From the NCBI GenBank assembly GCA_034411995.1, contig DAOUME010000022.1:3965-67964 (forward strand): a stretch of DNA of 64,000 nucleotides, given 5' to 3'. Source of the stretch: Anaerolineae bacterium. Its GTDB lineage: Bacteria; Chloroflexota; Anaerolineae; UBA7937; B3-Chlor. The notes under the pieces were generated by a model. That model had not been told where the DNA came from. It did no database searches and saw only the letters and a list, made by a program, of their open reading frames with translations. The first letter of the stretch is position 1, and each line of letters begins with the position of its first letter. Both the position numbers and the translations under genes were made by a program. This document shows, one piece after another, positions 36,461 through 45,365 of this stretch.

Positions 36461-36574
36461 GAGGGGCGGCGCTGCGCCTTGTGCGCTTGCGCGCCGCTGG
36501 TCCAGCTCTACCCAAGCAGACCGCTCTGCCATGGAGGGGTCAATCACCCAGGCACCCAGCGACACCTTCGTAGA

Positions 36575-36593
36575 GGCGGGTCTGAGACCCGCC
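36575..36593. repeat. palindrome GGCGGGTCTGAGACCCGCC (core shared with 42898, 45062 and 46636 elements)
   Basis: Perfect inverted repeat around TCTGAGA. Confidence 0.6.
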
Positions 36594-36734
36594 CGCAAGC
36601 GGCCTCCCGATTCGTCATGGTCGTTCGCACAAACCTCGGCCGGTGCGCCGGTTTGGAGCACCACGCGCGACGCTGTCGGCCAGGCAGCTCGGATCAAAGA
36701 GCTCCATAGTCACGAGTGAGGGACTAGCAACGTC

Positions 36735-37478
36735 ATGAGCATTCGTTTACTCGATTGCGCGCCGATGGCTCCCCGGTACCCACGGTGGCACCTGGGGACT
36801 CCCTGTCTGCTCGTCGACACCGACCAGGGCCTCGTTCTCGTCGATACCGGCCTCGGCCTGCACGACTTTCTGGCCCCAGGGCCCCTGGTCCGCCTCTTCG
36901 CGTGGGCTTTGCGCTTCCCTCACGATCCCGAGCACGCCGCCGTGCGCCAGCTCTCGCGCCTGGGCCACGACCCCGAATCTGTCCGGCACATCGTGATGAC
37001 CCACCTCCATTTCGACCACGCCGGGGGCCTTCCCGACTTCCCCCACGCTCAGGTTCACGTACACCGCCGCGAGTACGAGGCCATGCTCCATCCTCGCAGT
37101 CTGCTAGAGCTGGGCTACGATGGCCTCGATTTCGCCCATGGGCCCTCCTGGGTTCTCTACGACCAACCCACCGAGGACTGGCTCGGGTTCGAGGCTTTCC
37201 GGCTGCCCTTCACGCCGGAGATGTATCTCGTCCCACTCTTCGGCCACACCCGCGGCCATTGCGGGGTAGCCATCCAGGACGATGATGGTTGGGTCTTGCA
37301 GTGTGCCGACGCCCTGCCCACGAATGCTGACTTCGACCTCACCCCGCCATGGCTCAACCGTTTGGTGATCGGACCGCACGTTGCCAGGTTGCGGGAGTGG
37401 GCTTGCCGCCATCCCGAAGTTCGCCTGTTGGCCGGGCACATGCGGCACCCTTTCCCCGATCACAAGGGCGAAGTCTGA
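36735..37478 (+). CDS. MBL-fold metallo-hydrolase
   Basis: HLHFDHAGG metal-binding motif, later H and D ligands. Confidence 0.85.
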   Translation: MSIRLLDCAPMAPRYPRWHLGTPCLLVDTDQGLVLVDTGLGLHDFLAPGPLVRLFAWALRFPHDPEHAAVRQLSRLGHDPESVRHIVMTHLHFDHAGGLPDFPHAQVHVHRREYEAMLHPRSLLELGYDGLDFAHGPSWVLYDQPTEDWLGFEAFRLPFTPEMYLVPLFGHTRGHCGVAIQDDDGWVLQCADALPTNADFDLTPPWLNRLVIGPHVARLREWACRHPEVRLLAGHMRHPFPDHKGEV

Positions 37479-37505
37479 GAGTCCCCGGCCGAAGCGGACC
37501 CGACT

Positions 37506-37544
37506 GGAGAAGAGATCGCTATCGTCGAGGGCCGGAATTGCTGA
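37506..37544 (+). repeat. remnant copy 5 of the type IIG gene 3' end
   Basis: GGAGAAGAGATCGCTATCGTCGAGGGCCGGAATTGCTGA = GEEIAIVEGRNC-stop. Confidence 0.8.
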
Positions 37545-37839
37545 ACCGCTGAGGCCAGCTTCGCAAGGCCAGGCCTGACACCCGCCCCTACCAACCCCCC
37601 AGCCCTGCGTGCGGCGGGCCTTTCTTTGCCCAACACAGACTCGCGAAAGAACCTGAGCTCAGCATACACTTGCGGCAGCTAGCCCTTCTGGCGCCACTGA
37701 GTGCCGCCCGGACACAGCCCATTGGCGAGGACAAACGTGCGCCTGAGGCGCCAGATGGCTTGACGGCGCCGAACGATATCCCCATAATCACTAGTTGGGA
37801 GGACACAACAGGAGGGAATATGAAAGAGCGCGAATCAGT

Positions 37840-38832
37840 ATGGGAAGATTGAGAGTCGGCTTGCTGAACAAGAAACGGGGCAACTTTGCACTCGAAGAAA
37901 GGTTCATAGGCCCCGATGGCGTCGTTGATAGGACGAACGCCGAAGCAGAACATCACCAGCGGGCCCTGACCGAAGCCGGTTACGTTGTCCGCCAGATTCG
38001 CTGGGGCCCTGATTTCATCAACGATCTACAGGCTTCCCCAGTCGATCTTGTGTTCAACGTTTCCAGTCTGGTAGAAGCCGCGATCCTCGAAGAATTGCAG
38101 ATACCCTACGTGGGCTCCGATACGTTCACCATCGCCATCGCCACCGACAAATCGCTGGCGAAAAGGCTCTGGCAGCAGGCGGGCCTGCCGACATCGCCTT
38201 TCTGGCTGGCCAGATCGCAGAAGGACTGTGGCCTGTTTGGGGGCATCCCACCCTTCGAGTATCCCCTGTTCGTCAAGCCGGTGGCCGGCCGAGGCAGCGC
38301 AGGGATCGACGACACGTCCATCGTTCACAGCTACGACCAACTGGTCAGCGCAGTTGTGGAAAGGCTGGAGACTATCGGTCAACCAGTCCTCATAGAGAAG
38401 CTGCTGCGGGGCAGAGAAATCACCCTGGGCGTCCTGGGAAATGAGCGCGCAAGGGCCCTTCCTCCATTAGAGATCGCGTATTGCGAGGGGGATGACACAC
38501 TGACTTTCGAGAAGAAAGAGTTGGACAACGATACCTTCCTCTGCCCTGCTCCGCTGACCGCTGAAGAGACCCACACCATGCAGCAATTGGCGCTTCGGGC
38601 CTACCACGTGTTGGGCTTCAGGGACTTTGGCCGAATTGACACGATCTTGACCGACGAAGGGCCGTGCTTGTTGGAGGGGAACACTTTCGCGGGGCTCATG
38701 TGCACACCCAAGGAGAAACCTCGTAGCTATATTGGCTTCATGGCTCGCGCAGAGGGAAAGGACGGCAAGGCTCTGCTGGATGAGATCATGCAGATAGCTA
38801 TCAGGAGACTCAACTTGAAAGCCTGTGATTGA
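37840..38832 (+). CDS. D-alanine--D-alanine ligase family ATP-grasp enzyme
   Basis: Ddl-like order: LRVGLL..., PYVGSD, KSLAKRLW, FVKPVAGRGSAGI, LIEKLLRGREITLGVLG, GRIDTILT...LEGN; start ATG 37840. Confidence 0.8.
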   Translation: MGRLRVGLLNKKRGNFALEERFIGPDGVVDRTNAEAEHHQRALTEAGYVVRQIRWGPDFINDLQASPVDLVFNVSSLVEAAILEELQIPYVGSDTFTIAIATDKSLAKRLWQQAGLPTSPFWLARSQKDCGLFGGIPPFEYPLFVKPVAGRGSAGIDDTSIVHSYDQLVSAVVERLETIGQPVLIEKLLRGREITLGVLGNERARALPPLEIAYCEGDDTLTFEKKELDNDTFLCPAPLTAEETHTMQQLALRAYHVLGFRDFGRIDTILTDEGPCLLEGNTFAGLMCTPKEKPRSYIGFMARAEGKDGKALLDEIMQIAIRRLNLKACD

Positions 38833-38833
38833 G

Positions 38834-39436
38834 ATGTCAGTACCTCGGATAGAGATAGAACTCGACAAACTGAGCCATAACGCCCGCAAGCTGATAGCTC
38901 TATACGGTTCCAAGCGAATCCACATCGTGGCTGTCACGAAGGGGCTCTGTGGCTCTCCCAGGATTGCGAATCCTCTGCTCAAGAGCGGATTCCGCTGCTT
39001 CGGCGACTCACGCACCCCCAACGTACGAGAGCTGCGCGAGGGTGGCATAGATGCGCAATTCACCTTCATCCGCTCCCCCATGCCCAGCCGGGTCGAGCGA
39101 GTGCTCGAATCTGACGACGTAAGTCTCGATACAAAGATCGCCGTTATGCAGCTTCTTGCCGATGAGGCCACCAGATGTGGCAGAAGCCATCGAGTCAGTC
39201 TGATGGTTGGGCTGGCCTATCTACGGGAGGGCATACTACCCTCCGATCTCGAGCCGGTGGTGAAGGGGATCATTGGCATGCAAGGCATGGATCCACTTGT
39301 CTCCGGCAGGCTGCGGGACGATAATCTGCTGGGCTGGGGTAGTGCCCGCCCGTGGGAGGAAAGGGCAGGCCCAGCGTGCTCATCCGCGTGGATCGGCGGA
39401 AGGGTCGCGCCTGATTCTCTCCCTGAGCAGCGATGA
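38834..39436 (+). pseudogene. truncated amino-acid racemase-like (alanine racemase N-terminal domain) gene
   Basis: HIVAVTKGLCG (PLP-Lys context) and MVGLAYLREGI are present, but the ORF is about 200 aa against roughly 350 expected, and the C-terminal 60 aa look non-homologous. Confidence 0.45.
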
Positions 39437-39483
39437 CCTTCGAGCAGTCGAACCGGCGCGGTTCGGAAAGGAGGGCTACACCA

Positions 39484-40512
39484 ATGTCTGCTTCAACCAT
39501 ACTGGGATACGCCGCGAGGGCGGTGGGACAACCGCTCGAGCCCTTCACCTACGAGCCGCCGCCGTTGGACGAACACGACGTGCGGGTTTCTGTCACTCAC
39601 TGCGGCGTCTGCCACACCGACGTCCACGCCATCGACGACTACTACGGAATCACCACCTATCCCTTCGCGCCCGGTCACGAGATCGTGGGCTACGTCTCGG
39701 ATGTGGGCCCGGCAGCGTCCGGCCTGAAGGAAGGGGACAGGGTGGGCATAGGCTGGCAGGGCCGTTCTTGCGGGCAGTGTGAGTGGTGCTTGAAGGGAGA
39801 AGAGCAACTGTGTATGGACATCGTCCAGGCGGCAACCTGGCTCCCCTACGGAGGGTTCTCCTCCTCCGTCGTCGTGGACAGCCGCTTCGCCTACGGGCTC
39901 CCTGACGGTATGCCCTCGGAGATAGCCTCGGTGCTCATGTGCGCCGGGATCACCGTCTACTCTCCCCTCCGCTCCTTCGCCGCGCCACCCTCGCAGAAAC
40001 TCGGCATCGTCGGCGTGGGAGGGCTGGGCCATCTCGCCCTACAGTTCGCCCGCGCCTTCGGCTACGAGGTCACCGCCATTTCCTCGTCCCCAGAGAAGAA
40101 GGAGCAGGCGCTGGCCTTCGGCGCAGACCACTTCGTCGTCTCGGACCAGGCCAGCCTGTCCGAGCTCGAGTTCACCTTCGACCTGCTGCTATGCACCGCC
40201 AGCGGCAAGATCGACTGGGTGCCGCTGCTGGACACTCTGAAGAAGAACGGCAAGATGATCCTCGTCGGCTTCCCCGACGTGGAGCTCAATTCGACCGACC
40301 TGGTGGCGCACCAACTCTCCATCCTCACGTCCTTCCTGGGCAACCGGGCGCGAATGCGGGAGATGCTGTCGTTCGCGCAGGCCCACGGCATTACCCCCGC
40401 CATCGAGCAAATGCCCATGTCGGAGGTCAACGAAGCCCTTCAGAGAGTGAGAGACAACCAGGCCCGCTACCGCATCGTGCTCGTCAACGAGACGGAGAGC
40501 ACAGGGGCCTAG
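39484..40512 (+). CDS. zinc-type NAD(P)-dependent alcohol dehydrogenase (cinnamyl-ADH/YahK-like)
   Basis: GVCHTDVH, GHEIVG, CGQCEWC structural-zinc motif, GVGGLGH; ATG 39484 after GGAAAGGAGGG. Confidence 0.9.
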   Translation: MSASTILGYAARAVGQPLEPFTYEPPPLDEHDVRVSVTHCGVCHTDVHAIDDYYGITTYPFAPGHEIVGYVSDVGPAASGLKEGDRVGIGWQGRSCGQCEWCLKGEEQLCMDIVQAATWLPYGGFSSSVVVDSRFAYGLPDGMPSEIASVLMCAGITVYSPLRSFAAPPSQKLGIVGVGGLGHLALQFARAFGYEVTAISSSPEKKEQALAFGADHFVVSDQASLSELEFTFDLLLCTASGKIDWVPLLDTLKKNGKMILVGFPDVELNSTDLVAHQLSILTSFLGNRARMREMLSFAQAHGITPAIEQMPMSEVNEALQRVRDNQARYRIVLVNETESTGA

Positions 40513-40590
40513 TCCCCCCTTCCCTCACGGGTGATCTGGTCCAGCCAGACTCGCACCATTACTGCTCAGACTACGGCACAGGAGGCCACC

Positions 40591-41823
40591 ATGGATTACG
40601 ACTTCGACGCCGAGGTCGACCGCCGAGGCACCGACTCTCTGAAATGGGAGTTCATACAGAGCGACGAAGATCCGCTGAAGTGGGAGCTCACCGATTCTTT
40701 CTTCGGAGAAGACCGTACCCTCCCCTTGTGGGTGGCGGACATGGACTTCCCCTGTCCCCAGCCGGTAGTGGATGCGCTGGTGGCCAGGGCCCAGCACGGG
40801 ATCTACGGCTACACCATGCCCTCTCCCGCCTTCTATCGATCCGTCGTCGGCTGGATGCGGAGACGGCACGGGTGGGAGATAGCGCCCGAATGGATCTGTA
40901 TCACCCCTGGGGTCGTGCCGGCCGTCAACATGCTGGTCCGCGCCTTCGTCGCCCCTGGCGACAAAGTACTGATCCAGCCCCCGGTCTACTATCCTTTCTA
41001 CTCCGCCATCGAGAACAACGGCGCCGAGCTGGCCCTCAACCCCCTGATCTACGAGGACGGTCGCTATCGCATGGACCTGGCGGACCTGGAGGCCAAATGC
41101 CAGGATCCTCAGGTCAAGCTGGCCATCCTGTGCAGTCCGCACAACCCCGTGGGGCGCGTGTGGACCCCGGAGGAGCTCCGCCGCTTTGGGGAGATCTGTA
41201 TCGACAACGACGTGCTCGTCGTCTCTGACGAGATCCACGCCGACCTGATCTTCAAAGGTCACGTGTTTACGCCCTTCGCCAAGGTCAGCGAACCCTTCGC
41301 CCAGCATTCCGTCACCTGCACCGCGCCCAGCAAGACCTTCAACCTGGCCGGGTTGCAGACCTCTTGTATCGTCATCCCCAATCACGATCTGCGCTCCGTC
41401 TTCGATAGAATCGTGCAGAGCAACGGGCTGGTCACCGTCGGCACCTTCGGCGCGGTTGCCCTTCAGGCCGCGTACGATCTTGGAGAGGAATGGCTGGGGC
41501 AGCTTCTCGACTATCTCCAGGGGAACCTCGAATACCTCGAGCAGTACGTGGCGGAGCAGATCCCGCAACTATCCGTGGTGCGACCAGAGGGGACCTACCT
41601 GGTCTGGCTCGACTGTCGCCGGCTTGGGCTCAGCAAGTGGGGGCTAAAGCAACTCATGCTGGAGGAGGCGAGAGTCTATCTCGACGAGGGTTTCGTGTTC
41701 GGCCCCCAGGGTGAGGGCTTCGAACGTCTCAACATCGCTTGCCCCCGAGGAGTCCTGGCTGAGGCGCTCGATCGAATCAGGCAGGCCGTGGAAAGCCTGC
41801 CGGCCGGACCGATGTCCGCGTAG
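40591..41823 (+). CDS. MalY/PatB-type PLP-dependent C-S lyase (aminotransferase class I/II)
   Basis: DRRGTDSLKW, WVADMDF, SPHNPVGRVW, SKTFNLAG (PLP Lys); ATG 40591 after GGAGG. Confidence 0.85.
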   Translation: MDYDFDAEVDRRGTDSLKWEFIQSDEDPLKWELTDSFFGEDRTLPLWVADMDFPCPQPVVDALVARAQHGIYGYTMPSPAFYRSVVGWMRRRHGWEIAPEWICITPGVVPAVNMLVRAFVAPGDKVLIQPPVYYPFYSAIENNGAELALNPLIYEDGRYRMDLADLEAKCQDPQVKLAILCSPHNPVGRVWTPEELRRFGEICIDNDVLVVSDEIHADLIFKGHVFTPFAKVSEPFAQHSVTCTAPSKTFNLAGLQTSCIVIPNHDLRSVFDRIVQSNGLVTVGTFGAVALQAAYDLGEEWLGQLLDYLQGNLEYLEQYVAEQIPQLSVVRPEGTYLVWLDCRRLGLSKWGLKQLMLEEARVYLDEGFVFGPQGEGFERLNIACPRGVLAEALDRIRQAVESLPAGPMSA

Positions 41824-41881
41824 CCGGTCGCTGAGCAGCCCCACGCCGTGCTCGTCACATCTCCCAGAGGGTTACAGGAAG

Positions 41882-42886
41882 ATGAACGAAGAGGACCAAC
41901 CTGCTTGGGTGAATCCGCGTCTCGTGCGGCCGCACGGCTGGTCACCCATACTGCACGTCGACCTGGAAAAGATGACAGACCAGCAGAGGCAGACGTTTGC
42001 CCTTCATCGCCTCTCCGGTTTCACGGCTGCGGGTTACCCTGCAGAGAGGTGCTACCATTTCTACACCAACAAGCAAGCTGAGTCCTTCTCGCTGCCCACC
42101 TACGTGTGGACACCCTGGAGCAGAGACTCAACCGCGTTGGAACCCGCGAAGATCGAATCGGTGCAGGAAATGCTGCCGTACGTCGCGGATGAGGAAATTG
42201 TCCATGTCTGTCGTTCTCTCATCGAACAGGGACAACTGCTGGACCACACCAGCGAGCAACTGGGCCGGGCACTCGCCGACTTCCTTGGCCTACCCTCCCC
42301 AGAAACCGACCGGCATTCCGAGCAACTGTGGCGACGAGCGAACGAGTATCGCGCGAAGCACGGCCCGGCCTGGGCAAGTCAGGCACAGATCAGGCCACTG
42401 GTCGCCCAGTTGAAGGACGTCTTCGTGGAGCTGAGTTCGTCGCAGTTTGAGCTTCACGGCAGGCTCCGACCCTATTACGAGCGCCTGGCCCCAGGTGGCG
42501 CGGAGATGGGCGATCAACGAGCCGACGACCTGGTCAACCAGGCCATGGAAGAGCCCGACGCCGATCGTGCCATACGCCTGCTCGAGAGAGCCTTACGATA
42601 CGGCAAGACCGGTATCCCGGCCAGCAGGGCCTACGTGGAACTTGCCGGACGCTACTCAGACCGGGGGGAGACCAAGAGAGCCATCGCCTACTACACCAAG
42701 TCCATCGAAGCCTCCAAGATTCCTAACGCCTACGCTCTCTACTGGCGGGGAGAGCTATACTATCAGCAAGAGGAGTGGGACAAGGCGCTCGGCGATTTCG
42801 AACGGGCGGTGTCCATAGGGCTTTTCTCGCCCGAGTGCGAGCAGGCGCAAGAGTATCTAGCCGAGCTGCGTGGCCGTCAGCCCTAG
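41882..42886 (+). CDS. uncharacterised protein with C-terminal TPR repeats
   Basis: AYVELAGRYSDRGETKRAIAYYTKSIE...ALYWRGELYYQQEEWDKALGDFERAV. Confidence 0.55.
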   Translation: MNEEDQPAWVNPRLVRPHGWSPILHVDLEKMTDQQRQTFALHRLSGFTAAGYPAERCYHFYTNKQAESFSLPTYVWTPWSRDSTALEPAKIESVQEMLPYVADEEIVHVCRSLIEQGQLLDHTSEQLGRALADFLGLPSPETDRHSEQLWRRANEYRAKHGPAWASQAQIRPLVAQLKDVFVELSSSQFELHGRLRPYYERLAPGGAEMGDQRADDLVNQAMEEPDADRAIRLLERALRYGKTGIPASRAYVELAGRYSDRGETKRAIAYYTKSIEASKIPNAYALYWRGELYYQQEEWDKALGDFERAVSIGLFSPECEQAQEYLAELRGRQP

Positions 42887-42897
42887 CGATGACCCGT

Positions 42898-42945
42898 GGG
42901 GGTGGGTCTCAGACCCGCCCCTACGCAGGTGCCCTTGCTACGTGG
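42898..42945. repeat. 48-nt element GGGGGTGGGTCTSAGACCCGCCCCTACGMAGGTGCCSTTGSTACGTGG, copy 1
   Basis: Aligns to 45062-45109 with 4 mismatches; contains a palindrome around TCTCAGA. Confidence 0.8.
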
Positions 42946-43069
42946 GGTGATCTCACCCCCGCATACCGTCCGGGCCTGAACAGACATGTCGGCATAGCCA
43001 GTAATCAGCCGCCCCGTCGTGGTACTCACGGTCCCGCTTCGTGGGCAAGGGTAGAGCGGAGGGAGAGTG

Positions 43070-43882
43070 ATGACCAAGAAAGGCGAGGACAGTCGCAAAC
43101 CGCTTGGCACCCGCGAATGGTACGATTTCGTTGGTCAACTCGCAGACGCGCTGCCAGGGATGCACCTGGGAGGACAGGAAGCTACGCAGAAACTGCTGGA
43201 GATGTGCGATCTGGAAGCGACGAGCCGCGTTCTCGATGTGGGCTGCGGTGGCGGGAACACAGCCTGCTTCATCGCCGAGCAGTACGGTTCGTCTGTCCGA
43301 GGGATAGACATATCCGAGGTCATGATCGACAAGTCCAAAGAGAGGGCGCGCCGACAGGGACTGGAGGACAAAGTCGAGTTCCGGGTTGCCGACGCGGCCG
43401 AGCTACCCTTCGAGGATGACTCATTTGACGTGGTCATCGTTGAGTCCGTCTTGACGCCGATACCTGGCGACAAGAGCAAGGCGCTTGGGGAGATGGTCAG
43501 GGTTGCGCGTGCCGGAGGGCGGATTGGGGCCAATGAATCCACTGTGGATCCGTCGGCGCCGGAAGAGTGGCTGGCTCTCCTGGACGAGCACCCGGCCATA
43601 CATGGGTACTTCACGCCGCAGACGCTCCGCAGCCTGTTCGAAGAATCCGGGCTGCAAGTGGTGGAGATGATCGAGGCTCAATACGTGGATACCCCGAAGG
43701 CGCTCAAGGACATGGGCCTACGCGCGGTGTTCTCCTTCATGCTCAGGGCCTATCCAAAGATCCTGCTCCGGCTGCTGCGCGACGCACGGATCAGGGAAGC
43801 CAGCAGGGTCGATGGCCAAATGACGAAGCGGGGCAAGGAGTACATGGGCTACACCTTGATCGTTGGGCAGAAACCTGGATAG
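43070..43882 (+). CDS. class I SAM-dependent methyltransferase (Methyltransf_11-like)
   Basis: VLDVGCGGG motif I, GIDIS, FDVVIVESVL. Confidence 0.85.
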   Translation: MTKKGEDSRKPLGTREWYDFVGQLADALPGMHLGGQEATQKLLEMCDLEATSRVLDVGCGGGNTACFIAEQYGSSVRGIDISEVMIDKSKERARRQGLEDKVEFRVADAAELPFEDDSFDVVIVESVLTPIPGDKSKALGEMVRVARAGGRIGANESTVDPSAPEEWLALLDEHPAIHGYFTPQTLRSLFEESGLQVVEMIEAQYVDTPKALKDMGLRAVFSFMLRAYPKILLRLLRDARIREASRVDGQMTKRGKEYMGYTLIVGQKPG

Positions 43883-43992
43883 CGACCGCGGCCACGTCGT
43901 AGAAAGTGCAGCGCAAAACGGCAGGTGTCGAATGGATTGTGTTCATAGGGGCGACGGCCCATAAGGCGCTACAGGGCCAGACTCGGGCCACC

Positions 43993-44031
43993 GCTGGAGA
44001 GATCGCTACGGTGGAGGGGCGGGACCGCTGA
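43993..44031 (+). repeat. remnant copy 6 of the type IIG gene 3' end
   Basis: GCTGGAGAGATCGCTACGGTGGAGGGGCGGGACCGCTGA = AGEIATVEGRDR-stop. Confidence 0.75.
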
Positions 44032-44049
44032 GAACAGCGAGGGCGCACT

Positions 44050-44078
44050 GTAGGGGCGAGTCGGCGACTCGCCCCTAC
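44050..44078. repeat. REP-like palindrome GTAGGGGCGAGTCGGCGACTCGCCCCTAC
   Basis: Perfect 13-bp arms; same flanks as the 17804 and 27314 elements. Confidence 0.75.
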
Positions 44079-44113
44079 TGCTCGATGGACAAAAACGAAA
44101 GCATGACCCCACG

Positions 44114-44416
44114 ATGAATCGAATATCCCAGGCCCAAACCGCTGACCCCACCTACCGGAGCCTCTACAAATTGGGCGGCGCGGCCGCCTTCATCGTGGTG
44201 GGCTTGACCCTGAGCGAGGTCGTCGGCTTCACCATCTTCAGGCAACCTGCCACGGCAGCAGGCTGGTTCGAACTGTTCCAGGGGAACACCGTCCTCGGAC
44301 TTCTGGGGGTTGGAAGTCCCCATGTACGTGTTGTTCGCTTTGGTATATCTGGCGCTCTGCGCCGTGCTCAGAAATGCCAGCCCGGCTGGATATCATCCTC
44401 GTGGGGGTACAATCGT
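44114..44416 (+). pseudogene. frameshifted 5' remnant of a DUF4386-like membrane protein gene
   Basis: YKLGGAAAFIVVGLTLSEVVGF... continues in another frame as LEVPMYVLFALVYLALCAVLRNASPAG, then stops; the track fuses it artificially to the next gene. Confidence 0.4.
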
Positions 44417-44803
44417 ATGAAAGCTGACCACGGCACACCCCGGACTATTGACCAGTACATCGCCGGCTTCCCCGATGAAGTTCGAGAGATCCTGCAACAG
44501 GTGAGGAAAACGATCAGCGAGGCAGCGCCGGACGCGGAAGAGGCCATCAAGTATCGAATGCCGACCTTCACTCTGAGAGGCAATCTGGTTCATTTTGCCG
44601 CGTACAAGAGGCACCTCGGCTTTTATCCCACGTCGACGGGAATCGAAGCGTTCAAGAACGAGCTATCTGCCTATAAGAGCTCGAAGGGTGCGGTACAGTT
44701 TCCGTTGGACAAACCGATCCCTTTCGACCTGATAGGCAGGATCGTGAGGTTCAGGGTAGAGGAGAATCTGGCCAGAGCAGCAGCGAAAGGGAAGAAGAGA
44801 TAG
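44417..44803 (+). CDS. DUF1801 (YdhG-like) domain protein
   Basis: TIDQYIAGFPDEVREILQQVRKTI...MPTFTLRGNLVHFAAYKRHLGFYP. Confidence 0.75.
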   Translation: MKADHGTPRTIDQYIAGFPDEVREILQQVRKTISEAAPDAEEAIKYRMPTFTLRGNLVHFAAYKRHLGFYPTSTGIEAFKNELSAYKSSKGAVQFPLDKPIPFDLIGRIVRFRVEENLARAAAKGKKR

Positions 44804-45061
44804 AGAGCACCGCCTGCCCTTCGCCCTGTTGTTCACGTCGAGAATCACCGCCCCACAGCTTGCACCGGCGACGGTTGCCGTGCCACCGCCGACCCCGAGC
44901 GCAGGATGCCCGGCCCGCCGCGAGAATCAGGTTCATGGATCCACTGGCACACGCTTCGGTGGGATTGATGGCCAGTCCGTCTCAACCCCCCAACGCTTCT
45001 CCAGGCGGCTGCTACTCGAGATGCTGGGGCTCTGGCGGTATCGGACGCGTGCCGCCCTGGC

Positions 45062-45109
45062 GGGGGTGGGTCTGAGACCCGCCCCTACGAAGGTGCCGTT
45101 GGTACGTGG
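45062..45109. repeat. 48-nt element, copy 2 (see 42898)
   Basis: GGGGGTGGGTCTGAGACCCGCCCCTACGAAGGTGCCGTTGGTACGTGG. Confidence 0.8.
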
Positions 45110-45365
45110 ATCGATTCTGCCCCAACGCACTCCGCAGCCGGGAGCGGAGGGGGGCCTCTCTGCGGCCGGCACGCCACCGACGTGAACGAAACCCTGCGCG
45201 GCACCAGGTCGGGCCGGCAAAGCCCTCCCGGACGGCACGGTAGCCACCAACGTCGGCGGCGTGCACCAGACGCGGTGACCAGCTACAATGACGTCCACAT
45301 CATCAGTAGTCGGGCGGCGCAGGACGTCCGCCGTGGAGAAGCTATCGTGGCCAGGAGGATTTGCA

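Noticed and set aside
30680-44031. Island interpreted as a prophage, ICE or integron
   Set aside because: There is no integrase, recombinase, transposase, structural phage gene, conjugation gene or attC-like site. The only recurring boundary sequence is the RM gene tail.
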